64,000 nucleotides of DNA from Octopus sinensis (Eukaryota). Made by a program: the position numbers and the translations under genes. Under the pieces are notes generated by a model that was given only the letters and a program-made list of their open reading frames with translations, was not told the origin of the DNA and did no database searches. The DNA lies in assembly GCF_006345805.1 (NCBI RefSeq), contig NC_043004.1, positions 27,094,001 to 27,158,000 on the forward strand. Direction: 5' to 3'. The stretch's first letter is position 1; each line of letters begins with the position of its first letter. Shown here piece after piece: positions 35,950 to 49,519 of this stretch.

Positions 35950-36789
35950 GGGATAAAGAAGGGCGTTTGAATTCATCATTTTGTATGTCAGTGATTGAAA
36001 GGCATAGAAGAAAAGTCGGATTAGAGAGAGGGAGAGGGAAGGAGGCAGAACAATGAAGAAGAAAGGATGAGAATAAAAAATAAAAAAGATAGGTTAAGAG
36101 GAAAGTACGAGAGAGAGAGAGAAAGAGAAGGGGGAGATAGAGATGCTGAGACTAAGAGGATAAGAAACAGTTTGCAAAATATACAAAAAAATATTTTCCA
36201 TTGACAATATCACAAAAAACAAAATTTTAAACATACAAAAAAATAACATATATAAATAGGAAATACAAAAAGAACAAAAATATAAAAAGAGAACAAAAAA
36301 TTATAAGACAAATTAAAGGTGGGAGGAGGAGAGTGGGGTGGTTGTGATGGTGGTAGTGGGAGTGGTGGTGGAATAACTGTTTGGAAAATTTCAACACTTG
36401 AGACAATTACAAAAATCAATAATAACACGACATAACGGAAATTTAGCTAACTTGATTGATACTCCAATTCCTTTTTCTGATTGATTTTTCTTCATTTTTT
36501 TACTTTCTTTTTTGCTTTCTAGCTGTGTGTTTTCATGGTTCTTTATATATTTTTGGGTATTTTAACCCTCCACTGTGACATGTTTTTTTGTGTGAAATAT
36601 ATTTTTTGTTTTGTTGATTGTTGTGCGCTGCTACTGTTGGTGGTGGTGATGATGATGATGATGATGGTACTAATGCTGATAATGATTAAGCTCTTCTTAT
36701 TGGTTCAGTCTTTTTTCCTTTTGTTTTATTGGTGTTGGCCTTTTCTTGGCCAATATATTGGCTGTTTGTTATAACACTGAAGTTGTCAG

Positions 36790-36859
36790 GAATCGGAAAT
36801 TAGAAAGATATTAGAGAATGCCTTCTCAGCTGCCTCTCTGGTATTTTCTTGTTTTGAAG
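36790..36859 (+). CDS. candidate internal exon (ESEIRKILENAFSAASLVFSCFE)
   Basis: gttgtcAG acceptor, open frame, donors CTG/GTATTT (after 36840) or AAG/GTGGGT (after 36859). No homology recognised. Confidence 0.2.
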
Positions 36860-37074
36860 GTGGGTTAGTTTTTGCTGGAGTTTATAATCTTATTCTTTCA
36901 TTTTTCTCATAACACACACACACACATGTGCATGCATACACACACGTCTATGCACATACCCACACACCCAATGGTACCAAAAGTAATGCAAAATTGAGTG
37001 TAACTTTCTTTATTAACTGACATAAGCTGTTCAAACTGTATGGGTTGGAAGAGTAATTCTGCTTCCTCTTCATT

Positions 37075-38200
37075 ACAGACAAATAATGGATTCCAAACAG
37101 AAGCAACATGCTGTCATCGAGTTCTTGATGAAGGAGGAGTGTAAGCTGTCTCATTTTCACAGACGATGGCTATAAGTAGTTTATGGCAGTGGTTTTCCAC
37201 CAGGGTTCCGCCAGTACAGTCCAGGGGTTCCGTAAGAAGTTACAAAACTGCTAAAATCGGCAGTAATTTTTAAGTCTCCTGTGTAGATATGTGTGCATAA
37301 GACTATTAAATTATTGCACAGGGGTTCCTTGAGCCAGTGGAATGTTTCCTTGGGGTTCCGCTCCAGCAAAAAGTTTGAAAAGCACTGGTTTATGGAGATG
37401 ACACTATTGACAAGAACAATGTATATGGAGGGATGGAATTTAAAGAAGGGGAAACCAGCATTGAAGGCAAACCACACAGTAGGGGTCCATCAACTGCAAC
37501 TGCTGACATGAATAGCCATCAACTGTATGAAATGATCTCTGCAAACAGATTAATCACAATCTGTGAGGTTTGTGCACAACTGGACTCTGACTGCAATGCA
37601 TTACAAAAGATGGTAAAAGATTTAGGGTACCAGAAAATGTGTGCAAATTGAGTATCTCAACAGTTGGCATTTGATCTGAAAGAGAGAAGGCTGGAAGTTT
37701 CTTCAATATGGTTAAAGTGTTCTTCTAATCTGGTGACAGGGGATGAAACTTGGTCATATCTTTATGATCCAGAAAATTTTAGTTCATGAAATGGCATCAC
37801 ACCTCTTCTCTAATGCCTAAGAAATTCAAAAGCATAGAAAGATATGATGACTATTTTTTGTGTGATGACAAGGTTATCAATCTCTTTGGAAAGTGTTTGT
37901 TCCACGAACAATAAGAAGTATATTAAGACACTCAAAGTGCTGAGAGGAGCTCTTAAGAGGGAGATACTAGACAAAAGTCTGAAAAACAACCCATATCCAC
38001 CATGACAATGCATGAACACACTTATTTTTGTTAACAAAGCAGGGAACCAGCAAATACACTGGTCAGATCTAGTAATCTTGGAGAAAGTGGTTGTTAGGAA
38101 GTAGGGACAAGGTGCACACCAGAAATTTTCAGAAAGATTTTGAAAGCTGAGTTCAATGATGGCACAACTGCAGCACCTGTGATGGAGTCTATATCTCATA
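37075..38200 (+). pseudogene. mariner transposase pseudogene interrupted by a hAT MITE
   Basis: MDSKQKQHAVIEFLMKE...VYG[insertion]DDTIDK...EFKEGETSIEGKPHSRGPST...LGYQKMCAN...VTGDETW. Confidence 0.85.
37187..37387. mobile_element. hAT-superfamily MITE, 201 bp
   Basis: TIRs CAGTGGTTTTCCA and TTGAAAAGCACTG. Perfect 8-bp TSD GTTTATGG at 37179-37186 and 37388-37395. Confidence 0.92.
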
Positions 38201-39879
38201 TGTGTGTATGTATTATCATCAACATCATCAGTATCATCAACAATGTTACTGATTTTATGTCCATTTTTCTTTCACCCATGCTGGTTTGATTTGACCAAAC
38301 TTATTGAAGCAATATTCTACAATTGGAAGCCCTTGTTGTTGCCAACCCTTGTACCATATATTTTCTCCTAGTGTTTGTGTCCAAACATTAAAGCTGTGCT
38401 ATTGAAGGCATTATATACAGGGAGGGTAAACAACATCCCTGTTTCACTCAGTGTCACAGTAAAGACACACGAAAAACAAATGCATAAACATTCATACACA
38501 TGAACACATTAGTATAAACATACATAATCATTTAATGATCATTCTCTGTTCTGGCATGGGTTGGACGGTTTGGCTAGATCTGAAAAATCAGAGCACCATG
38601 TTCTGTTCAAATGTCTGGATGTCATTGCTAATTCCAAGGACTTTACAGAATGTAATGAATGTGTTTGTTTTTTAACTTAAAATGGCCCTCAGAGCTAAAG
38701 AAAAGTTTGAGGTGTAATTTTATCCAAAGAAATGCGAAAGGGTGGTGTATGATGACAGCAATAGACTCTTATTTGTGAGATGGTGTTTGTGGAGATAGTA
38801 ATAAAGTGGTCACTTGTGAGAGAGAGTGTAAAAGGATCAGGGGTAAGGGAATGAAAACACAACCCTAAAATAATGAAACCAAAGAAAAAATTTAATAAAG
38901 ACGACATATTCTTGAAAGTGTTTAGAGATTTAATAAGTAAACATATAAATGTTTGTGTGCATGTGTTACATATTGATCTCTTGATCAGGCAGAAAGCTCT
39001 TTTGGTAAATAGAAGAGACTGAAGTTGATGTAATCATTGTAATAAACTGAAAAGCAAGATCAGCATTATAGCCCTTTACAGGGTCTTTGACAAAGGGAGG
39101 ATTAAAGACCTGATCTAAATGCTTGTAACATAGTACATTCCACTAAAGACACCTATGGGCCAGGTGGTGCTGTTAAACCAGATGACCAGATTAAATCTAC
39201 CAAACAACAACAATAGTAATGGGCATGCAGAAAACTTCCACACAAATACATACATAAACACACACACATACACATGCACACACGCACAAACGTGTGCACA
39301 CATGCACACACACACACACACTCATGCATTACTTGTGTATGATGGTCCAACAAAGGTGATGACAGTGTTAACCCTGGACACTCAACTTTCTCCATTTCTG
39401 GCACATTGCCTCTTATGAGACTGGACATGGCTGGCAAGACCAATATAAGATAGGCAGATCCTGTGACAATGGGGCACTGAAAGGGAATCTGAACAATAGG
39501 CACAGGTAGTTGATGACATCTCTTCTTCACTTCATGCAGTCCTCTGCATTCAAATTCAAAGCACTATACTCTAACATCCCACATAAACTTCGATGCTTTC
39601 TGATCAATAGCCATGACTTCCAGCCACTCAAGAGAGTGATCGCATAAAATGGGAGACCACCTGAGATGATCCTGAAAACAAAATTTTGGACGTCTATGAG
39701 GCCAGTCTCACTCTTGCTGAAGAAGTCTGTCTGTCTTTGGGAGCTAATTACTAGCATCCAGATCACCTGCCCAATTCAGAGAGAAGAAGATGAAGGATGC
39801 AGGTTTCAAGGCTGTAGATCCCAGCTCTCAGAAGAATTTCAGTATAAGACCTGCATATATATATATATATATATATATA

Positions 39880-40080
39880 GTTAATCCAAACAAGAAAGCA
39901 CAAAAAAAAAACACAACAACGCGAGGACGTGGAACACATATAGTATTATTGGACGCTCAGGAAAGAAGGAGGGTTTAACTTTTCGAGTGGAGCTCTTCGT
40001 TGGAAACATAGGAGAAGGAAAGATCCAGGGAAGGAAAGACAGAGGAAAAAAAATCGCCAACGGTACACACGCGGTCACAT
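39880..40080 (-). mobile_element. ~200-bp hammerhead-bearing Penelope-like unit, copy 1
   Basis: Colinear end to end with the reverse complement of 59249-59449. Decayed hammerhead-like motif at 39973-40007. Confidence 0.8.
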
Positions 40081-40333
40081 GGAACTCAACTCAGTTGATG
40101 GGCTCCACTACCTCAAATGTTCTTAAAATTTAAATCCACATCTTTGTTTATAGATCTACCTTCTCTATAATGTTGCCACTTGATATGAAAATTTTTGTAT
40201 TAATGGAAAACCTCTATAATTGGCTGATGAGTGCTCAGCATTTTAAAACTGTTGTAATACTTACAACATTTAATAAAATGATGTAGTACAAAATGATCAT
40301 ACCAAATTACCGGAGTCATTCTTGTTGCTTATT

Positions 40334-40371
<38 letters not shown>

Positions 40372-40376
<5 letters not shown>

Positions 40377-40533
40377 CTTTTACTTGTTTCAGTTGTTTGA
40401 TTGTAGCCATGCTGGAGCACCACCTTGAAAGGGTTTTTTAAAGTCTAGTACTTATTCTATTGGTCTCTTTTGTCGAACTCCAGGACTTATTCTTAGGAAA
40501 GTGATGTGGGACAAATACAGACACAAAGACATG

Positions 40534-40564
<31 letters not shown>

Positions 40565-40728
40565 GATTGGTTTCTTTCAGTTTCCATCTACCAAATCTAC
40601 TCACAAGGCTTTGGTCAGTCCAAGGCTATAGTAGAAGAGAAGACACTTGCCTAAGATGTCATACAGTGGAACTGAACCTGAAACCATGTGGTTGGAAAGC
40701 AAGCTTCTTACCACACAGCCACGCCTGC
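40372..40728 (-). mobile_element. SINE family A with internal deletion
   Basis: Tail, microsatellite, core and head in reverse orientation. Confidence 0.8.
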
Positions 40729-40886
40729 ACCTTTATATACATGTATGTAAGAATATATATGCATATATGTGTAAATACATATGTATGTATGTGCATATAT
40801 ATTTCTACATGTGTGTGTTTCAGTGTGTTTGTGTTTGTTTGTGTGTATATGTGTGAGCGTGTGTGTGTGTGTGAGGGTGTGTGTGC

Positions 40887-40920
<34 letters not shown>

Positions 40921-41949
40921 GGTGTGTGTGTGTGTGTGTGTGTGTGTATGTTTGTGTATAATTTTAGTAATCTGCTCTAGAAATAAGCTTAGTCCATTTC
41001 AGCAGATGTAACATGGCTATTCTGGTTGTTTGACCTACTGACATTGACTAAGACCATCCATATATGGTGTATATAACATTTTATTGTAGATGTATCCTCC
41101 TATACACTACGAAATGTTTTTCTCTCCATTATTCAACGAGCAATATTTTGATTAGCAATTCATAGTTTATATCTTTTGCTGTTAATTCAGTGTTGAAGGC
41201 ATTGATATGACTCTATCATATAATATCATTCCTGATAAAGAAACATGCATTTGTCCTGCTGTTAATACTGGCAGCCATAACACAGCGGCAACAGGCTTTA
41301 TTAAGTTGTTTAAGATTTATCGCATAAACCTGCTGTTTGTATGTTTATTGTAGTAATACAACCTCTTGAATGACTAAGTATAAACTTAGAATGCTACCAC
41401 ATTCTACTGCTGTTGTTGCATAATTGTATTTATGGTCTATCAAGAAGTATTAAATAGGATTTATTTACTTCTATCTTCAACTATATAATGATATAATGTG
41501 TACAATGAAGATATCTCTTTGAGGTGAGGAGTACTGCTTGAAAAGGAAAGACATGTTGTATTATATAAGTCTATATGTACAGAGGGAAGAGTCATGTCCT
41601 GACTGCTTTTAGTGAAAGGGTTCATGTGTCAGGATTGACCTAGGGCTAAACAGCTGGGAAATTTTGATCATAAGTCTGATAGACTAGGGCTGACCGGGGT
41701 CTAAACAACATCAAATCAACAAATACATTTATGGAGTGCAAGAGATATTTGAGGACATATTTGGCAATTTAACAAAGCAACTGTAATCTAGCAAAAACTA
41801 AATGTATTTTATTAGAAATTTGTGTACATGTTCTTGACAAGCTTTCTTATAAGATTATTTTATGGATCCACTTTCAGTTTTGATGACTGCTTAAATACTG
41901 GACAAGAATTATTGACATTTTGGAAATCACATGGACAACAGTAGACATC

Positions 41950-42235
41950 AGTGTATTGTGAGGATGTCAATTAATATTCCCTTTCAACAACCTTCCAAAT
42001 ATAATAGTCCATGGGATACAAAGTCTGGCAAGTTTGGAGGGCACAATTTTTGTGTTACATGATTTGCATACTTCATCCATTTAGGGCTTAACAATTGTGC
42101 CCAACACATCAATCTGTCCAGTAGGTTTAATTCTAAGATGTGGAAAGATGTTGGGTGGCATGACATGACTTTCATTACTTACCACTCCTAAAACCATCAA
42201 GTTGCTGGAAATTTGGTGTGCATCACTCCACGACC
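41950..42235 (-). pseudogene. maT/DD37D-type transposase fragment
   Basis: SNLMVLGVVSNESHVMPPNIFPHLRIKPTGQIDVLGTIVKP*. Confidence 0.75.
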
Positions 42236-42303
42236 ATACACACACAAACACACACACAGTTATACATATATACACATACTATAAATATATATGTATGTAT
42301 ATA

Positions 42304-42370
<67 letters not shown>

Positions 42371-42552
42371 ATATATATATGTATGTGTGATGCTAGTTAT
42401 CAGCTAGGCTGATGATTAACATCATACTTGAAACTCAAAAGTACCAATGAATTTTGATCAAACTGTTTTGATCCATATATATAACTCCCAATAAATATTT
42501 TGAGTGTCTTTCTTTCATTTGTCCTGTCACTCGTATATATATATATATATAT

Positions 42553-43015
42553 ATCATCATCATCATCATCGTTTAACGTCCGTTCTCCATGCTAGCATGG
42601 GTTGGACAGTTCGACCGGGGATTTGGGAAGCCAGAAGGCTGCACCAGGCTCCAGTCTGATCTGGCAGTGTTTCTACAGCTGGATGCCCTTCCTAATGCCA
42701 ACCACTCCATGAGCGTAGTGGGTGCTTTTTACGTTCCACCTGCACAGGTGCCAGGCGAGGCTGGCAATGGCCACGATCGGATTGGTGCATTTTATGTGCC
42801 ACCGGCATGTAAGCCAGTCAAGGCGGCGCTGGCATCGGCCACAATTCGGATGGTGCTATTTAGGTGCCACTGGCACGGAAGCCAGTCAAGGCGACGCTGG
42901 CATCGGCCATGATTTGGATAGTGCTTTTTATGTGCCACCTGTATGGAAGCCAGTCTAGGCGGCACTGGCATCAGCCACATTTAGATGGTGCTTTTTACGT
43001 GCCACCGGCACAGGG
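42553..43015 (-). mobile_element. RTE-type 3' end containing a ~68-bp minisatellite
   Basis: (CAT)n tail at 42553. Units start at about 42721, 42784, 42852, 42920 and 42987. Confidence 0.9.
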
Positions 43016-43064
43016 ATCACAACTGCAGTTTCCATTGATTTTGATATTGACATATATATATATA

Positions 43065-43180
43065 TTACTCTCTACTCTTTTACTTGTTTCAGTCATTTGA
43101 CTGCGGCCATGCTGGAGCACCGCCTTTAGTCGAGGAAATCGACCCCAGGACTTATTCTTTGTAAGCCTAGTACTTATTGT

Positions 43181-43266
<86 letters not shown>

Positions 43267-43452
43267 GACAGGCTTCTTTCAGTTTCCATCTACCAAATCC
43301 ACTCACAAGGCTTTGGTTGGCCCGAGGCTATAGTAGAAGATACTTGCCCAAGGTGAGACCAATGGAATAAGTACTAAGTTTACAAAGAATAAGTCCTGGA
43401 TCAATTTTTTTGACTAAAAGTGGTGCTCCAGCATGGCTGATAACTGATACAA

Positions 43453-43492
<40 letters not shown>

Positions 43493-43720
43493 TGTATATT
43501 TGTGTGTGTGTCTGAGATTGTCTCTTTACCATCGTTTAACAACTGATGTTAGTATGTTTATGTCCCCATAGCTTAGTAGTCTGGCAAAAGAGAGTGATAG
43601 GTTAAGTATTACACTTACAAAGAATAAGTCCTGGGATCGATTTGTGTGACCAAAGGTGGTACACCAGCATGGCTGCAGTCAAATGACTGAAACAAGTAAA
43701 AGAATAAAAGAATATTTAAA
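43065..43720. mobile_element. cluster of SINE family A pieces in both orientations
   Basis: Minus-strand tail and core (43065-43335) abut a plus-strand tail (43336-43455). Another plus-strand tail at 43520-43720. Confidence 0.8.
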
Positions 43721-43781
43721 TATATATAATAATAAATGTGAAAACAAATGTGTTGCACTTTTTCAACTTTACTCCTCTGGT

Positions 43782-43872
43782 CCCCTCTTTCACTATTCAA
43801 TGATTCTTCTACTATTCCTCATGCATTACTCCTCTCTCACTATTCAATGACTCTTCTACTATTCTTCATTCT
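43782..43872 (+). repeat. direct tandem duplication of ~48 bp
   Basis: ctct(t/c)tcactattcaatga(t/c)tcttctactattc(c/t)tcat occurs twice. Confidence 0.85.
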
Positions 43873-44389
43873 TAGTAGCTCTTTCTGTTTTAAACCATAA
43901 CATGTGCTTTATAACTTTAAGAACTGAAAGTGCTTGAACATTTATTAAAGTCTACACAGTTTGTGAAATTTCTTCCTAAAGGTTAGTGCCATTCTACTTT
44001 AAAAAAGTTTCTTTCTTAATCTGAACATTTTGAAAAAAACTCTGTCTCAAAATATTATAACTGTATCAAGTAATTTAACCACAACACGTGCTTCATAATG
44101 AACTCACTCTCTCATACAATACTATGGAGGCAGTGACAGGTGACTGAGTCTCTTGATGATATACCAAGCTTGTGTTGCCCTGTCAAGCCAAGTGAAACTC
44201 TAATCATGGCCGATGCTGGTGTCAGGTCAATGACATACTGTAAATACATTTTTCTATGTCAAAAACAAAATTAAGAGGAAAACAAGACTATACTAATACT
44301 TAACTTATTTACATGACAACTCCCATTAAATTTAATTTTACATACTATTTTTCGGCTCCCACATGATACAAAAATAAACAAAAATAAAT

Positions 44390-44795
44390 GTAGGCGCAGG
44401 AGTGGCTGTGTGGTAAGTAGCTTGCTAACCAACCACATGGTTCCGGGTTCAGTCCCACTGCGTGGCATCTTGGGCAAGTGTCTTCTGCTATAGCCCCGGG
44501 CCGACCAATGCCTTGTGTGTGGATTTGGTAGACGAAAACTGAAAGAAGCCTGTCGTATATATGTATATATATATATGTGTATCTGTGTGTGTTTGTGTGT
44601 GTGTGTTTGTCCCCCTAGCATTGCTTGACAACCGATGCTGGTGTGTTTACGTCCCCGTCACTTAGCGGTTCGGCAAAAGAGACTGATAGAATAAGTACTG
44701 GGCTTACAAAGAATAAGTCCCGGGGTCGATTTGCTCGACTAAAGGTGGTGCTCCAGCATGGCCGCAGACTGAAACAAGTAAAAGAGTAAAGAGTA
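44390..44795 (+). mobile_element. SINE family A, most intact copy
   Basis: tRNA-like head (gtggctgtgtggtaag..ggttccgggttcagtccc), CORE-like gggcaagtgtc segment, internal (TA)(TG)n, and tail ending (AAAGAGT)n. Confidence 0.92.
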
Positions 44796-45899
44796 AAATT
44801 AAATGTAAGGTTTTTACTTAGGACTAGGTATTCCAATGACAAACATTAGCTATTTGATAGACAAGGCTGGGGTGGGGTAGGGGAAAGAGAGATTTTTGGT
44901 TTTGTACTCGTCTTCAGCCAAAAATTAAAAATTTATTTTCTACAATTTAATCATTTTACAGACTCTTCTTTTAAAATTCTAATTTCAATTTTTCACTTAT
45001 CAACTTGTGTTTGACTTTTGTTTTCTATTGTGAAAGGTACGATGAAGGAAAGGGGCTAAGAATTTTTGTTTGCTTGGTTTTGAAAACAAGCTTCAAATAT
45101 TTGAGAAAGTGGAATATAAGAAAATGACTAAAAACTAATGTAAAAGCCAAAAAAAAAAAAAATTTGCTTTGTGGTGATTGCTGTTTTTGGTGATTATGAT
45201 GGGGAGTGAGGGTTGTCAATGTTTAAAATAAATAAATAAAAATTTTTTTTGTTTCTTTTCCTCAAAAAATTTGAACTACATGTGTTTCAGAATATGGAAT
45301 ATTATAAGAAAGTGGGGGAAAAAGCTTTTTTTAATGGTGATGGTTGTTATGAAGGTTCAAGGGGGGAGGGGTGAGATGGTGTACATTTTAAAAAATTATG
45401 GTTTTAAAATAAGTCTTTCAAAAAAAAGAAAAAAAATTCCCTCCATCATTTTGAAGTGCATGATGCAAAAATAAAACTGAAAAAAAAAAACCCCTATAAA
45501 AACATAGAAAACCTGGCTTATGTGGATGAGCTATTCTGAAACTCAGCCAAAAATTTATCTTTCACAAAATTTTCCAGAACACTGTTTTACGATTAGTAAA
45601 GGTATAGGTGTGAATTATGACAAGATTACTGGCAGAGTTAATGAAAATTTAGGATATAGTTACAGTTAAAACAGGTATAAATAATGAATAATTGAATAAT
45701 GAATTAAGCTGGTTGCAATACAGACTGACCTTTTAAAATTAATGGAACTATAAAGCCAATGACGCATTCTAGCTAAAATTTGGAAACCAAAATAAGAAGA
45801 CTATTAAGTCAGGAAATTAAATTTACAGTTAATAGGGTTGATTAAATAACTAATAATATTAAGTTATGGTTTTGACAGCAAAGTTTTATAGGTGCAATT

Positions 45900-46260
45900 T
45901 ACAGTGAATAATCATGAATAATGTATATTTACTCAAAGTTATTAATGTCAATAGAATACAGGAATATTCTAAGAAAGAATATTTCTGTTTATATCATCTA
46001 TAGTTATAAGTTATAGTGTTAAGGAAGGATTTGTGTTTGTTTGTTCAATTTGAGGAATATAAATTTACTAAAGGTTAATAATGTCAGTAGATTATAAGGA
46101 TATTGAAGTAGGTACATTTCTATTTATACAACAACTTACTCTTTTGGGGAAAACTTTGTGTTTTTGAATTTGAGGAATATAAATTTACTAGATGTAATTA
46201 ATATCAATGTGTTATAGAGATATAAGTAACCATATTTATGTTGCTATAAATAGTAGTAAT
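45900..46260. repeat. diverged ~120-135-bp tandem repeat, 3 copies
   Basis: aatttgaggaatataaatttacta at 46047 and 46167. Third diverged copy near 45925. Confidence 0.65.
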
Positions 46261-47019
46261 ATGTTAAAGTTTTAAGGGATGATTCATGTTGGTTCACAAA
46301 ATATAATTCAGATTTTTAGAGGTGATTAAAGTGACCAAGATAAACCAAACATATGGTGAAACGTTCAAATGAATTTCAAGTTATAAAAAAGCAATATATC
46401 TTCTAAAATATTTAATCAAATGAATTAAAATATAGAGAAATTAAGTAAAATAATGAAAAAAATCAGAAAAATTGCCATGAACAGTATAAAACCATACATG
46501 GTAATTTAAGTCATACAAAGAGTGCTAAAATATAGGTAACAATAGTAAAAATTAGTAATGTTTTACATCATGATTAACTTACAAAAGGGTATTAATTTAG
46601 GTATAGAGTGCAGCAGTAATGTGTGTGTGTGTGTGTGTGTAGCAGGATTTGCAGAGTCCAAGCCCCAACTCACTGTCTAGGAAGTGAATCAAAATTATTT
46701 GTTCAGATTTAAAAAATAACTGTAAATACCCAAACAGGATTTTGTCAGGGATTGATAATGTCAGCAAGCAGCTAAGCATTGAAGTCCTTACTTGACACAT
46801 TAAAGATTTGTTATCAGTAGTTGATCAAAACACAATAGGCATAGCAGATACTTAGCTCAATAAAAATTCATATTAGAATGTCATTAACAATTTTGTCTTT
46901 GGTGCCCTTTCTTTGACAGATCATGGCTGTATATATGAGCAGACGCATGTGTGTGTGTGCGTGTGTATTATTTCTTGGGTAACTGACTAATAGTCATAAA
47001 ACAGCTAAAGTCAAGATGC

Positions 47020-47560
47020 TGCTGAAACCTACATGTGAACCTGTATCATGATGATTTGCATTGGGCATCAAAATGCCTACATCATGACTAGTTCTCAATG
47101 CTCTGTGAACACTGTAAAGGCTGTATGATATGACGTGGACAGTTGCAATGGAGACTATGAAGCTGTGGCCAGCAGGAAGAGACACAACAGGTATTCTGAC
47201 TGTCCATATATCAGGCATCATCCTCACATCTTTGAACAAGACCTTAACCTCAATTCAAATGGTTTTACAAAGTTGTTGGAGACTGTGGTCAATCCCTGGT
47301 TGAAAAGGGTTACTCCTGGAAGGCCATATGTGTGGCAGCAGGATTTGTTTCTTTACCATACCTACAGTAAGACTTGGAAGTGATTGTCAGAGAATTTCTA
47401 TGACTTATCCAGCCCCTATTTCTGGCCTCTTAATACCCCTGATCCCATGAATTTCTATGTGTGGAAAACATGGTTGAGAAAGACACTAATCACTCTGCCT
47501 GCGATATCAAGGCCAGATGGTATCCAAGAGCAAAGAGATGTTTGAAGATTTTGAATGGAA
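47020..47560 (+). pseudogene. internally deleted maT/DD37D-type transposase
   Basis: N-terminal SCNGDYEAVASRKRH is joined to HIFEQDLNLNSNGFTKLLETVVNPWLKRVTPGRPYVWQQD...SENFYD...FWP...NFYVW. Confidence 0.8.
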
Positions 47561-48898
47561 TATTGTGTTTTCTATTTCTTTAATGCAAACTGTCAAATTC
47601 AGCACGAACACTCTGTGTATGTGTGTGTGTGTGTGCACGTGTGTGTGTGCGTGTGTGTGTGTACATACACATTTATATATATTTGTCTGGTTACATAATC
47701 TTGTTTGTGATATGTTCTTATGCAACATGATAATCTTCCAGAAAGTAACAGGCCCTATTCGCAATGCAGCAGTTGCTCTTTCATTTCATTCTTTACACAT
47801 GTTATAAGAATCTAGCAGTGAAATCATGTATTATAAATATAAAAATATGAAGTCTTCAGGTTTTTCCATAGAGCAGTTCCATGATTGCACTCTGTTTTGT
47901 AAATTATCCATCTGAAATTATAAACTTAATTAATATGCACCTAATTAGTATGCACCCCCACTGCCAGCCAATGAACATTAATAATCTGTAGTATTGAGAA
48001 ATTACCGTTTCAGTCAAGTCATTTTCATGTGTTCTCAATATGAAGAATTTGTTTTCGTAAAATCTTTTTAATTGATATAATTCATTCTTGTTGGCTAATT
48101 TACTTTTGAATTAAACTTTAAATCATTAATTGTTTCAAAAGTCTTGTTAAAATTGTGTAATGTACTAATTTGTGAAGTGATGCAATTGATCTGCTTCTCT
48201 CTGTCTGTGTGTCTGTCTTGCCCTCTCACACTGATATGTTGTAGCTTAAGGGTGAGAAATTGCTATACTTCATTAGGTTTCCAACTAATAAAATATTGTA
48301 ATTTGGTAAGTCTTGTAGTAATTATGAGGTGATTTGTTTGTGTAATCTTGTAGATGCTATTGCAATTCTGCTATTAATCTGTTTTCATTCTTACTCTTTG
48401 TAATATTGTGGTCTTGATCGAATTCTTTAATGCTATAAGCACAGTTTTGCACAAGGCTTCTTGTATCTATAATTTTCAATGAGAGTACTTAGTATACTTT
48501 CTCATATTTACACTATCCAACTATAGTCAAAAGCTTCGACAGAGATGAACAATGCCTGGCTGAAATATTTACAACACATTGTATTAAGGCAAAACTTTCA
48601 GTAGCTATCCAGTGATCCATTAGATTGTCTACGTAGTTTTTGACTATATATCATGTATTTGATTACCTAGAATGCCTAAACTTACAATCCACAACTTCTT
48701 TGGCATATTATGATCCTCAGAAATATATTCAGTGCTGTATTAAGGACGTTTAAATATGTTCATATTATTACATGTGTTTTTAGCCTATTTCCAGTTAGAA
48801 ATGCATCTATTGCACTTGTCCCAAGATGACACTAAATATGGCTATTGCACCTCAGAATAGTGAAATATGCTTTTCAGAATAATAGATATCACCCAAAC

Positions 48899-48934
<36 letters not shown>

Positions 48935-49519
48935 CCTTGTGACTGTTTTCTGTGATTTCTATTTCTTAACCATCAGTAATTATTCTTTAAGTACACATAT
49001 TATATCATAAGCATTATAATCAATAATCTGAGAAACAAAATCATCATATTTTATTATACCAAAGTAGTTCTTATAATGACTATTATGATTTGGATTAGAA
49101 TCTCATTATTTAATTCCTAATTAAGCTATATTTTCTACTGATTCAGTGTCTCTGTCTTCAGCTCCATGTATTCTGTTCATTCATCAATATACAGAAAATA
49201 TTTTCTTAAAAGGTCATCACAACCTTTTGCCCAGCATAGTGTCAAGTAATACTCCCTTTTCGAGACAAGATTTTGTTTTACTACTTTTAGGAATCTATTT
49301 CTAGCAGGTAGGAGTCTCCATTGGTGAATCATTAAACCAAGAACATAGACTCACATCATCTACTTTGCATTGAAAGTATAGTGTCACATGTATTCACATA
49401 TACACCATATACACACATACACATAATTTTATATGCACTATACTATGGACACATGCATACACATGATGTTACGTATACATACTTCTACATTACATACACA
49501 CCTTCACATACAGCGACAT

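Noticed and set aside
39340-39850. Protein-like stretch with FKALYSNIPH, similar to a Penelope RT motif
   Set aside because: Multiple stops and no further RT motifs. Could not be classified.
45480-46600. Possible nuclear mitochondrial insertion
   Set aside because: AT-rich, but I found no mitochondrial gene, tRNA or rRNA signature. Better explained by diverged repeats.
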